Origin: Rhina ancylostomus
Taxonomy: Eukaryota
DNA: 64,000 nt
Reading direction: 5' to 3'
NCBI GenBank assembly: GCA_030265395.1
Contig: JARFYF010000029.1
Coordinates: 12,808,494 to 12,872,493, forward strand
Of this stretch, positions 51,101 to 63,700 are shown one piece after another (the first letter of the stretch is position 1; every line of letters starts with the position of its first letter). The notes beneath the pieces are model-generated. The model did no database searches. It saw only the letters and a program-made list of their open reading frames with translations, and had not been told where the DNA came from. A program made the translations under genes and the position numbers.

Positions 51101-51263
51101 TGAATCGGGGCATCGAGAAAATGGTTTATATCTCGATGTAGAATCTAAAGGAGGAAATGGCAAGGAAAATACTTATGCATTATTTATTTTAAATAATTCA
51201 ACTCAAGCTTGCAAACTGTAATTTTGGAATCAGCTTCGATTTTTATAAATTCCTCGGGGTTGA

Positions 51264-51308
<45 letters not shown>

Positions 51309-52314
51309 NNNNNNNNNNNNNNNNNNNNNNNNNNNNNNNNNNNNNNNNNNNNNNNNNNNNNNNNNNNNNNNNNNNNNNNNNNNNNNNNNNNNNNNNNNNN
51401 NNNNNNNNAGTGCAAACAGAATGTCAAAGGCTGAAGTTAACAAACGTTGCTTGGGCCAATGAGTGGGGAAAACGCGACGGCCCCAGGGCGATTAAAAGCA
51501 ACATTTACTCCATTGCACACTAATCCTCTAATAAACTTTGGAACTTTTAACGTGATTAATTAGGTAGATCACCAGTAAATACTGGATGCGCGGAGATAGC
51601 GGGGGGTGCCTGGTGCTGAAGATGTCCCTATTACCCCAGGCGCAAATGGATGGTGATGATATTCAATGATAAATACTCGTAAATGTAGTTCTGCCGCACA
51701 CTAACACAATCCACTGAGAAACATGTGTTCAGTTATAACTAACAGGCTGGAACTCTGACGTCGCTGCTTTCTCCCACCCGCTCCAGTTACTGATTCATGA
51801 TCGTTATTACAGAATAATCAGCTACGATTCCATGTTAACAAGACTCTTCTCGAAGCTTAACCTTGAAATTACGCTACGAAACACGGATACTCACATTTTA
51901 ATTGTGAATGTAATCATCGATCTGCAGAGACAACTGGATTCGAAGTACAGAGCAATGACTGAATTACTGCTCCAATTTAGCATCGCGACATACCACGTTT
52001 CCTTTCATCAAATCAGTCGAATTTTCACACGCACCGCAGTCTCACTGTGCATTGTGGTTTGTTCAGACGTAGCACACAGTATGTAAAATTGTAACAAGTT
52101 GAACCAGCGGTATGGAAATTGTTTGTTAAAAAGCCTGAAATTGAATGGGGATTTCATTTCGATTGGCCGCATGATCCAGAGTATTCCTGCTAAACAGATG
52201 GAGAGATTAGGAAAGCCAGCGTGAACCTGACCTGGGGTGGTTTATTTTGCTGTTGTTTAGCTAGCACGCTTATTTCGTTTTGGGTGAGGACATTGCACAA
52301 TAAACGCACAATTC

Positions 52315-52560
52315 GGACGGCGCCGTGGAGCTGGTGCCACACGGCGTCAGAGATCAGGGTTCAATCCTGATCTCCGCTGCTGCCGACGTGGAGTTTGCAC
52401 GTTCTCCCTGTGATCGCGTATTCCAAGAGATCCTGCATCCGGTGAGTGGTAACCGGTGAGTGAGCGATCGAATCTGGGGCTGGGGGTTGAGGAACAAAAT
52501 GGGTACTTCGGATTCCGTGGGCCGAAGGGCCTGTTTGTGCTGTATGACCTTTATGAATCT
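52315..52560 (+). mobile_element. HE1/V-type SINE, internally deleted and CpG-rich
   Basis: gggttcaatcctga, ggagtttgcacgttctccctgtga, and tail gggccgaagggcctgtttgtgctgtatga. Confidence 0.8.
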
Positions 52561-54109
52561 CCACTGTGTCTGCTTACACCCAGACAAGAGCTAGACTCCC
52601 CTACGTGGATTGGACTCCTACATTCAGGTGTTTGCGTTGTAACTCCTTTATGGTACATATAATTTTCTGCAGATTCCTCCAAATGTTTTTTATATATACG
52701 TCTAATTTTTGAGACGTGGGATGTACCTGAAGCGATGGTGAGGAAAAACTCAATCTTCATAGGGGAATTTGATTATATGCTGCAAGTTGTAAAATTCAGA
52801 TCTATGGGAAAAGAGAGAGAGAGAGAGTGGGACTGTAGATGGTTCTTTCCAAGGCCCAGTATGCTCATGGAATCAGAAAATGCACTGCACAAAAGGAGGC
52901 CATTCTGCTTTCAAAAAAAAGAGCTCACTATCCTATCCCAGAGCAATGTCCACAACCTTGCAGGTCACGGCTCCTCAAATACACAGAAAAGAAATTGGAT
53001 GTAATGAGAGTTTTTGCCTTTGGTACTCTTTCAGGCAGTAAAAATCACACCATGCTCAGTGTGATTTTTTCCCCCCTCTGGTCTCNNNNNNNNNNNNNNN
53101 NNNNNNNNNNNNNNNNNNNNNNNNNNNNNNNNNNNNNNNNNNNNNNNNNNNNNNNNNNNNNNNNNNNNNNNNNNNNNNNNNNNNNNNNNNNNNNNNNNNN
53201 NNNNNNNNNNNNNNNNNNNNNNNNNNNNNNNNNNNNNNNNNNNNNNNNNNNNNNNNNNNNNNNNNNNNNNNNNNNNNNNNNNNNNNNNNNNNNNNNNNNN
53301 NNNNNNNNNNNNNNNNNNNNNNNNNNNNNNNNNNNNNNNNNNNNNNNNNNNNNNNNNNNNNNNNNNNNNNNNNNNNNNNNNNNNNNNNNNNNNNNNNNNN
53401 NNNNNNNNNNNNNNNNNNNNNNNNNNNNNNNNNNNNNNNNNNNNNNNNNNNNNNNNNNNNNNNNNNNNNNNAAGGTTACTCCATTCCATCACACTGTTCA
53501 GTGTCTTCCCATTTTTGTTTTCATATTTATGGAAAGGATACAGCATGAAAGGTGGTTATTCAGGCCATCAAATGCATGCCCACTTTAGGCAAGAGCAATC
53601 CAGCTCATCCCACATCCCAGCCTTCTTTCTGTAGTGCTGCAATTTTTTTGTAAATGTTGCATATAACGTAGTTATCAGCTTTTTACAAGCAGGATTATTA
53701 TTGCTCTTTCTAATTCACTGTAACTTGCATTGCAATGAATTACAAGAAAGACTGGCTCTGTAGCAAACAGCAAAGATGGAACAGTTTCAAATTAACAGCC
53801 TTTTCTCAACATGAGAAATATGCATCCAAATGGCGGTTCAACAAATACATTCAAAGAAAGAAACAAAGTTGTTTGTTGACCTGCAAGTTAAGAGAATCAC
53901 AAAGCTGAATTAGTTGAAAAGATGAATTAGTAGCAGGCAAAAAATCATTTGTTTCCCAATGCTGTTTGCAAAAGACATGAGAATATTATATAACATCAGC
54001 ATCAAATGACCAGATAAATGTTATAAAGTCCACATAAGGGCTGATGACTGAAAAAACAAGTAGTGTCCAGAGCTGCTCTGTGGTGAAGGAGTATAAATAG
54101 TCTTGCCTT

Positions 54110-54660
54110 TTTGTACACCCCCAGCTTCATCACTTCACATTTCTTTGGCTTGAATCCCATTTGCTCAGCTGACCAGATCATCTGTAATTTCTTGCAGTCT
54201 AAAGCTTTCCTCCTCATTGGAAAACAGGAGCCAATCTGGTATCATCTGCAAACTTCTTTATCTTCCTTCCTGCATTTATTGTCTCAGGCAAAAAGCAAGG
54301 GACTGAGGACTGTGCCCTGTGGAACACAACTAGTAACAGCATGCCAGGCAGAAAGATATCTTTCAATCATTATTCTTCGTTTTCTACACTGAACCAATTT
54401 TGAATCCAATTTGCCACTTTCTCTTGGATTGCACAATCTTTCACATTGTGACCAATTTGCTTTGCAAACTTTGCTAAAATCTACACACGACAGTGTACTG
54501 ATCAACCCTCCTCATTACCACATTTAAAAGCTCAATCAAGTTGGTCAGATATGACCTTCTCTTAGCAGATCCACGTTGGTAGGCATTAATTATTTTGTAG
54601 CTTTATAATTAAAGGTTTATACTGTTTCTTAGAATTGATTTCAATAATTTGCCCAGCAAC
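54110..54660 (-). mobile_element. CR1-like RT fragment
   Basis: VDFSK, VTSCVPQGTVLSPLLF and QMGFKPKKCEVMKLG remnants. Confidence 0.8.
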
Positions 54661-54726
54661 AAATTTAAACTTCAGTTGAGCTAAATGTCAGCCCATGGTT
54701 TCAGATGCAATTCAGTCCACTGTGTT

Positions 54727-54766
54727 TGTTGGCTAATGTTACACTCCAATGTAACATTAGCCAACA
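54727..54766. repeat. Perfect inverted repeat, 17-bp arms, 6-nt spacer
   Basis: tgttggctaatgttaca-ctccaa-tgtaacattagccaaca. Confidence 0.95.
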
Positions 54767-56115
54767 TGTAACAATGTAAGAGTCTGAGACTGTTACCAGA
54801 ATTTTCTGATTTCTCCAGATCAAATGCATTCTGCACATATTGACACACTCAGCAATGAGCAATTAAAAAATATAATAATTATTGTTACAGACAAATCAAT
54901 TCCAGTCCCATCATGCTATGCAATTCCAGCATTATTGAATTAAAGACTTTGTCAAGTCGCTGAATATTTCATTTATAATTCAACCTCATCTGGGTTAGAA
55001 ATATTATTGAATTAGCCTAACAATCTGATTAAATTCACTTTAACATTCCCATCTAATTTTATGCTACTGAATAAGACACTGGCATTTTATGTTTCTGGAG
55101 TTCATCTGCTTTTGAACAGTGATGAACCATCTATTATTGTCATAGGTTGAAGCAATTTCTCTCCACATTAGACACTGAAAGCTCAATAACTAGTTTCCCC
55201 TCAAGACCCCATCCTATTTCTTAAATTCAGCTCATCTAGCCTCAGGGCTTAAAGTCCATACCATGTGAACTCAGTTCATTGACAGGTCACACTTAGAGAA
55301 AGGAAATCAATCAATCAGCCCAACCACAGGTAAGATGTGAAAATACTTTTTTGAGATGCCTATAATGGTCTATAGTCCTGGGATAACCAGGTTAATTCCA
55401 CATTCAAACTCTGCCCACTGTGATTTCACAAACTAACATTGAAAAGTTCCTCTAACATAGTCGTGATATAATTTGATCATCTCTGAGCACTCACACTCAT
55501 CAAACTACAGCTGAAGAACAGGAGGCTATCATGGGTACATCCTCAAAAGATATTCATTGCTGAGGTTTGATGTTGTTCAAATGCTGGCTAAGATTTTCTG
55601 ATTGGTTGCATCACACCATTTACTTCAGTTGCTTGGAGTTCAAGGTTGACCCTAACTGGTGGAAAATGGAAATAAATTTAATAAGTAACATACTCACCAA
55701 ATGCATAACATAAATCATATTAAAACATTAATAGTTCCTTCCTAACTTTCATACATTGACCCAAGATAACAGAGAATGCCAAACATAACCAATATTTCAT
55801 GTTATTGCAGATACTGATGTTTCTTTTTAATCCAGCTTCTAAATGCATAATTGGAACAGATTATCATTTCAACTATTTTTAAATTATAAAATGGGACCAC
55901 ATTTTGAGCCTATAAGTTAACCAGCCACACTTATTCAGTGCCTTATGACTATAAATCAAGCACACAACTAACTGTACTATTCCATTTTTAATGGAGCTAT
56001 TACTACCTGGGATTTCAGGAAAATTAAAATTTAATAGCTTTCCATAGCAATATGAATGCACCATTATCTTCTGTAGGCAAGGACTGAATTTGCAACTAAA
56101 CAAAATACATGAGAT

Positions 56116-56155
56116 ACACCAGTTAAAATTGGAGAACACCAGTTAAAATTGGAGA
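56116..56155. repeat. Perfect 20-bp tandem duplication
   Basis: (acaccagttaaaattggaga)x2. Confidence 0.92.
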
Positions 56156-58934
56156 TCTTAAGTTGGTGGTCACTAAAACAACCATCTTTTTAAAATAAAA
56201 ACATGAGTAAAACTAACCAGCTGCACTGATTTCTTTAGTTTTAATAACATTGTTCTTAAGATGCCAACACCAATACTAAATGACAGATCTGTATTTCATT
56301 ACCATTTCATGAGTGTTCATCGTATCAAATCTGGGTGAGGCACAGGATTCAAATAGCCACATTTGGAGGGGGGGAATAAAATCTCCTCTGAATGGAAATT
56401 TGATAAGGGAGGATACAACAGATGATCTGCTGCTTGAAGAGATTAACGCTCACTGCACTTTCTTGATAATCTTCCCATAAAGACCCTGACTGCAGCTCTT
56501 TGGTGTTATGGGCTGAATATGGAATTTAGTGGTCTTACCATGAACTAGCAACTCTCACCTTCAGCACAAAATGGACTTCTGGGGCAAAACAGTGTTAGGA
56601 GGTGAGGACAAATTGTGACATTCATCCTTGTAATTACAATTAAATACTAATATTTGTTAACTAAATGAATTTCAACATAAGGGAAACTTAAATGTTGCCT
56701 TTTTTGACATTAATTGACTTAATCAACATTAATATTTATTTTCCATGAACTTGAGTTTGGCCATTAGTAAGATTTCATTTTTGGAGCTCAGTGATGACCA
56801 CTTCTGCCTTTCTCTGCTAGAATATATTTCTTAACAGTAGTTAATGCTTAAAGAAGATTATGTGACCAGGTCGGTTTAGTTCCACAGATATTATGGTTCA
56901 AGCAATTCAATAGCTTTAACACACCAGCCTTTCCTTTAATTCAGAGTAGAGGATATCAATTTAAAGCATGTTGTATTTTGGATGAAATTCCAGTCATCAT
57001 TTCTCAATGTCAACACAGTGGTCCCTTCTTAATGCTAATCCTCACTCTCTGAACAGTTCTGCATAAGTAGACTGTTGTTTAATAACACAGCTGTAAGGAA
57101 CTATGGGGCGCTTTTCCTGCAATAAAGGTGATAATTGGGAAAGTTAATGCTTGAAATCGTTGTCCATCACCGATTCATCTTATAAGTCAGGAGAAATGCC
57201 TTTATCTCAAAAGCCCTTTGACTGTGAATGGAGTAGGCTTTTTTTGATGGGAAGAATTCAATTGTCAGGGGAACAGTCACAGATGGTGCAAATGTCACCT
57301 GCTCCATATTTTCAGTGATGTTTTCTTGTTGCCAGGGAAAAGGCATTACTGAGAAGTGTGCAGAACTCTTTACTGAGAGGTTGGCCTGAGGAATGTGGGA
57401 AGAGGAATACTAAGAATTATGACCAAAGTGAACCAATATTATAGGAATGAAAAGAGTTTTCTCACAGTTAGGGATTCAATATGTCTGGAGACAGTCAAAT
57501 AGCAGAATCACAAAATGATGTCTGGATTACTCCCAAGGTCGCATGTTAGGAACAGAAGGATAAACCAGTTTAATGCCTGGCTCGAGTGTGGGTCAGTTTA
57601 AATGCATTGTAAAGTTATCGCAGCTAAATCACGTACATCTTGCCCAAACTGAGAATTTAGTGAGGATAGATATGAAGCAACTCTCATTCACACTGCACTC
57701 AAAGGTGGAGAGTGCAAAATGATTCAATAAAGCTGCAAAAATAAGAACTCCAAGTAATAAAATGTCAGAAATAAAAATTCCAATTGATGTCACATTCTCT
57801 TCAGCAGACACAGGAAGCAATGCTCTAGCTCATCGCTGTGGATGGGATTTGGTTCAGATGCTAACCCATTTATATATTTTAGCAGTGGTTGGGATAGTGA
57901 AATGGATATGTCACTGGGAGACTAAAAGTCCAAGGACTGCATATTCATATCTCTTCATAGAAGTCTGACATTTTAAAATCTGTTTCAAAAATTATTTAAT
58001 TAAAAAATTGATACAAGTTAAAAAAAAGTGGCCATGTAAGTTTTTTTAAATCTAAATAGCTTGCTAACATCTATTAAGGAAGGAAATTTGCAAATCCAGC
58101 ATATTGATTACAGCAGCCCACAATGTCATTGATTCTTACCGTCTCTCTGTGGTCACTTAGAAAGGCAGTTTTTTTGGCCTACCAACACTTTTCTGGAGTA
58201 ATTAAAAATGGACAATGAATGCCAGCTGTCATTGATGCCACAAGAATAAATATTTTTTGTTAATTCTATGGAATATCCAACAATTGATAGAATCACTGTG
58301 CATTGTCCTTTTTAATTGTGTTGTTATGCACATCCTACTGAAGCAATGTTCTATAGCTCTTTTCTATGGATTTTTTTTTGTTTATGATGAAATTCATATT
58401 GCCTCAGTAAAGACATGTTCCTGGCACACTACCTCGAAGAGTTAGGTTGATTCAAGGCTGGTGCTGACATAATTGTAGTGTAAAATGATTCAGTATACTT
58501 ATAATGGTTAAAGACTACAATTGAATGGAGTATGCAGGTATTCAACAGGCTAAACAAGTACATCCTGTTCACATCCAAATGCAGAGGACTTCTCTGCCCT
58601 TGTACACAAACATTTGACTTGTCTGCATGCAAATTTATAAGACGCAAGTGGTATTAGTCATTAAAATGACTCAATATTTTTCAGGAGCATTTAAAATGCC
58701 CCAAAGGATCTTCTTGTTTTTAAGTAACACTCCTCTGCCTGTGTCATTTTGAATAAGAAACACCTTTATACACACATAGCTGCCATCTAATGTCCAATGC
58801 GTAATCACGCAACCACAATGCATATTATTCTGTGGAACAGTACATGATCTAGGTCTTTTATTCATAAATCTCCCCATTAATTTTCTATTTATTCAATTTC
58901 CAAAACTTCCTAAAATGTCTGAGGTCATGTTTCA

Positions 58935-59215
58935 ATTGAAGTTATTACTAGAGGACAGAGGTTTAGGATAAAGGGTAAAAGATTTAGAAAGAATCTGAGA
59001 AAGAAGCCATTCACCCAGAGGGTGGTTGTAATCTGGAACACACTGCCTGGAGGTATGGTGGAGACAGGCACACTCACAACATTTAAGAAATTTCTGGACG
59101 AGCTGAGGCATCGAAGGCCACAGAACAAGAGCTGGTAAATGATACGATGATCAGCAATTAACATGGTAGGTCAAAGGACCTGCTTCTGTGCTCTGACTCT
59201 ACAAATTCATGACTC
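58935..59215 (+). mobile_element. CR1-like 3' end
   Basis: actagaggacagaggtttaggataaagggt...ttcacccagagggtggttgtaatctggaacacactgcctg (TRGH..K..FTQRVV..WN.LP) plus tail. Confidence 0.8.
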
Positions 59216-59814
59216 TTTTGCTCCAAAAGTGGTACTTCAGTAAGTTTGTGAATAAAATTTGAAGATTGAATTGAATTTACCTTCAGCAAATTTTACATAA
59301 AATAGGTTCCTTTAATGATGCAGCCACCATACTATTTTTAAGAGTTTGATTTAGGAAAGAAAGATTCATCATTCCATTGTTCCCACCTCCAATTCAAGGA
59401 AAAGCTGATCATACTTATTGTCTGCTGCAATAATTATGTAAAGTTCCCTGCTTAGTTTATTTTTTAAATGGGAAAGAAAACATATCTTTTTGTAAGATGA
59501 GGCATTTAATGCCAATCTAGGAGATCAACAGAGCTTTTACTTACCATGTTTAATTTTAAATTTAGCAATTTAATTTTAAAGTTGTACAACTTGGAAAATT
59601 TCAGAGTGATCTCACATGCAATGCCAATGCTAAATTCAAGCTGGTTTAAATGTGCTTACAGTTTTCCTTAATGGGGGAGTTCCATTGCCCTCCTTCATTA
59701 AATAAGCTCCCATTCTTGATCATGATGCAAAGATTGTCAGTGGTAAGTACAGGTTGGGTTTCCTTGTATGTCCCACTTCCAACATAATTTAAAGGCTTAC
59801 TAATACACAAACTA

Positions 59815-60170
59815 AATTTTTTTAAAGTTTTATTTTTAAAATGTTTTAAAAATTTTATTTACAGCGTGGTAACAAGCCCTTCCAGCCCAACGAGTCTGTG
59901 CCACCCATTTTAAACCCCAAATTAACCTACCCATACGTCTTTGGAATGTGGGAGGAAACCGGAGCACCCGGANNNNNNNNNNNNNNNNNNNNNNNNNNNN
60001 NNNNNNNNNNNNNNNNNNNNNNNNNNNNNNNNNNNNNNNNNNNNNNNNNNNNNNNNNNNNNNNNNNNNNNNNGGGAGAACGTACAAACTCCTTACAGGCA
60101 GCGGCAGGAATCGAACCCAGGTCGTTGGCGCTGTAATAGCGTTGCGCTAACCACTATGCTACTGTGCCAC
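59815..60170 (-). mobile_element. HE1/V-type SINE (contains an N gap)
   Basis: tgtgggaggaaaccggagcacccgga...gggagaacgtacaaactcc...gaatcgaaccc...gctaaccactatgctactgtgcc; same family as 21041-21286. Confidence 0.88.
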
Positions 60171-62879
60171 CCCAAAACTGAAACTGAAGGCTTACATATA
60201 AACCAGGGCTTCCCAAATTGTCAATTCCAAATTCTGGACAAAGCATCTTAACTGCCCATTTAATGGATACTTTACTTCACCCTATTACAGACATTCCCCT
60301 TCTCCCACCCACTGCCTTCTCTACCATCTAGACATTCTTGTTTGACCTGAAACGGTAGCTGTTTCTCTTCCCACAGATGCTGCCTGAGCTGTTGGGTTTT
60401 TCCAGCATTTTCTGTTTTTATTCCAGACTTCCAGCGTCTGCATCTTTTTCGCTTTTCACTTCTCAAGTTCTGGTTGCAACCCAATTAGCTGATGGGGTCA
60501 GAATCCATGCGCCATATTCAGCCTGTTGTGTTACCTTGAGTATTGAAGTCATGCCATCCCTTGTTTCCCACCCCCCCAACTCGTTTGCTGCTGGAAGTTT
60601 GTCAGACTGGCCCCTCTCCACCCCCACTGTCTCAGTAGCCCATGTTAATCTCGAAGTGTGGGAGTACTTACCTACTCTACCACTGTACAGCAACTGGAGT
60701 CAACACTGCACGTCTCTAACCCTAAATGCCTTGTGATAGGCTGGGCAACAAGAGCTTATGAGGAGAATAAGAGAAAGTGGGTGGGTGGCAGGGAAACAGT
60801 AAAGGAAATGTTCAAGGTCTACTTGCACAGTATGCATCCATGGAGGAGAGTGAGACACACAAGAAGAGAGAATGAGATGGGGAAATGGTGGAAGAGCAGC
60901 AGAGAGGAAGAAAAGGGGAAGGAGGGATGATATGGAGGGTTATTGTGTAAGCAGAGGGCAAGATGGAAGGGGAGGGGAGGGAGGAGGGAGACTGAGAAGA
61001 GAGAGTGAAGGGCTATCTAACTGCTCTGCCGGGGAACGAGAGACTCTGATAGACAAGAGAAGGAGTGACTTTGAGATCTCAACCTCAAGCCCATTGGCTA
61101 AGATGTATACTGGAAAACAATGTAATGCCGGGGTTGGAGGAGTATCCATGCATGCAAGTTGTGGAGTCAACAAAATTCAAATGTCCCCAGTCTCACCGTT
61201 CTCAACACTGAGTCAGAAAGCAATGGGTTAGATCAGACTCCTGAACCTTGAACTCACAAACTGAAACTCCAGCACAGAATTTGGGGAGTGCTGTACTGTT
61301 GGAGCTACACCTTCAGGTGATGGTCTGGACTCCTCCCTCAGAGAGATAGAAAGGAATTTAATACACTAATCAAAGAATAACTAGAAGTTTAGTGTCTGGC
61401 TAATACTTACCAAAGTCACTGTTAGAAATTACCCAGCCACATCAGATTGAAATTTGTGGGATATTATTCTGCAATAGTTATGATATTCTTTGTTTGCTGT
61501 TTTGGTTTGTTTGGCTTCTGGGGTCATGTGAGAATTCAAGTATTAAGATACAGTCATACTTTTGCTTGGTATGAACTGGGTTAATTGAAATACTAAAAAA
61601 AATTTATACCATTGACTATTCTCCAGCAAGGACTCTTGTCTCCCCGAAGCGAAGATAGGCGAGAAGCTCAATTTTAACTTGCTCATAAGAGGGTTTTTAA
61701 ATCAATTAATTAATTAAACTTTGCAAGGAAGCTATTTCCTAGCAATGAGCTAAGTGCTAATAAGTAGAGGGCTCCAGGAATGAAGAAACATTTCCTGAAC
61801 AGTGTACAAAATGGGACCAAGAGCATAACATCTGCTCTCCTTCGTTGCTATCTGTCTGAACTCCTTTAGACAAATGTCTACATGTTTAAGTGCTGATTTC
61901 TGCTCTGTCAGGCACAGACCAATGGCAGCAGAGCAGTAAAACCAGATTACCTCACATGGTCCTGGTTCGACATTTGGATGCAGAAACAGTCAGAGTGTGC
62001 TATTTCTATGTCCCAATTCATTTGAATCCTTCCATTTGTTATTCCTCTATCCTTATCACTGATTTTGTTTTAAATGACCCTTCACTAGAAATTGGATTAC
62101 ATTTGCCAATGGTGCACTAAAATGTGACAATGTTTCGGGCCAGTGTCCAATTGGATCTGCTGCAGAAAAGTGTGAGTTTGGTCAAAAAGACTCTTGAAGT
62201 AGAATTAGGGTGGATTGTACCCAGGAACAAGTGGTAAAATGGGACAGGTGTGATTCCCAGTGGAGTCTCATTCATTCTTGTGCATCCCCTGATATGTGCC
62301 ATCCATGAACCAAGGAAGGGTGATATCTGTGAAAGGGAGCTACATACCAACAACACCCATTTTGATTGCCATGGTGTAGAGAGACTGTAGAGGGTGGAAG
62401 AGAAGTAGTTCCCATGTTCACTTAAAGGGATATTCAAATTGTACCCAGAAGGTAGGAGATGGCTATGAACTGACTTCCAAGAGTTACAATCTTCACACAA
62501 TGGAGCAATGGTGGCAGGAATTTCATGTCTTCAAGAGTTTTCTTGGTGGAGCAGAGATTCATTCATTCGTTTGTTATAACCAGTGCAGATGGGGATGCAC
62601 AGCAGAAATGGAAGGACTTCCTGTATCACCCGGGCTCTGCCAGATGATTATAGGAATATTATGTTGGCGGTGACAATTGAGGAGTGAAGAGGTTGACTTA
62701 GTTTGCACCAGAGACTTCAGAGGAAGGGTCTGTCTCTATTAAGAAATCCCTAACGGCCCATGGCAACCATGTTTCCATCCTCTGCCCAGCTGGGAGATGA
62801 GGTTGTGGCTGCTGAACAGGGAGAGCCACCGGTAGTGACCTTCTTCACATCACTTCCCTTGCTCATGAAATGCTTTAGG

Positions 62880-63700
62880 TTTCATTTCCTGGCCCTCAGG
62901 GTTGATCTTCTTCCTCTGGCACTGCTGCTGACTTCAGTTGTGCAGCATGCGCCAGATCTGCCTGGTGTATACTGCAGGGTAACAATGAAATTTCATCTTG
63001 GCTTTTTTTCTTGCATTGCTTTTGTTTTATCTCTGCTCAGCCATTGCAGGTGGAGGAGCACTGGTGTGAAGAGCCCAAGGAGTACAGGTTCATCCATGTC
63101 CCCCAGGATGCATGCCTCTGGAAAAGATCCGGAAGCACCAACACTCTCAGGACGAAGCAGTGATGCGTGTTTCTCAGACATTTAGCACTCACTATGAGGA
63201 AATTCCTCTTGTGATCCACAGCAAACTGAACTTCTGAGGGAATGGAACCCTTTCCTGCTGATGAAAAGGTCTGGATTATTAATGGGAGCCCTTGGGGACA
63301 CACGATTGCAGTCACCATGGGAAACCAGAAATGCTGAGATCCCTGTGCTCAAGTTACCATCTGTTCATCACTGAAATCAGAGTAGCTGAAATCATTTCTT
63401 CATGAATGTAGTGGTTGGGTGACCTCTCTGAGCCAGCAGTGAGCAGCAACTTACAAGACATTGCAGAGAATTGCTGCAACATCTAGAAAATGTTTTATGA
63501 TGAGGAAGTTCAGAATCAATATGACACTGACCTCCATGAAGACAGCAGTCAGGCATGAATGGATGACTAAAGGTCTTCCTGCAGACTGAGGAATATTTCA
63601 GTTGTGATGATTTAGGAAATATGGACTGGCAAATTCATTGTTTGTCTGAGAGGCTTAGGTTATGATGTCTCCAAATACTGTGTGGGAGCAGACTCCTCTG
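62880..63700 (-). mobile_element. Decayed PIF/Harbinger DDE transposase (pseudogenised)
   Basis: Colinear minus-strand remnants: ILNFL...LCNV*VAAHCWLREVT; FPMVTAI; EVQFAVDHKRNFLIVSAK..THHCFVLR..LPDLFQ; ILGDMDEP..LFTPV; KMKFHC..LQYTP. This is the motif order of HARBI1-type transposases, with stops and frameshifts. Confidence 0.75.

Larger units (their letters stand above)
43400..52500. promoter_or_regulatory. CpG-retaining, transposon-poor domain (putative hypomethylated regulatory domain)
   Basis: By eye, CpG occurs on nearly every 60-nt line here and is rare in the flanks, although the region stays AT-rich. Almost no SINE or LINE debris is recognisable. Boundaries are approximate and not computed. 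Confidence 0.7.

Noticed and set aside
51265-51308. Poly-G run giving poly-Gly/poly-Pro ORFs; possible G-quadruplex
   Set aside because: It abuts an assembly gap, so its length is unreliable and it may be a sequencing artefact. The same applies to the run at about 34606-34621.
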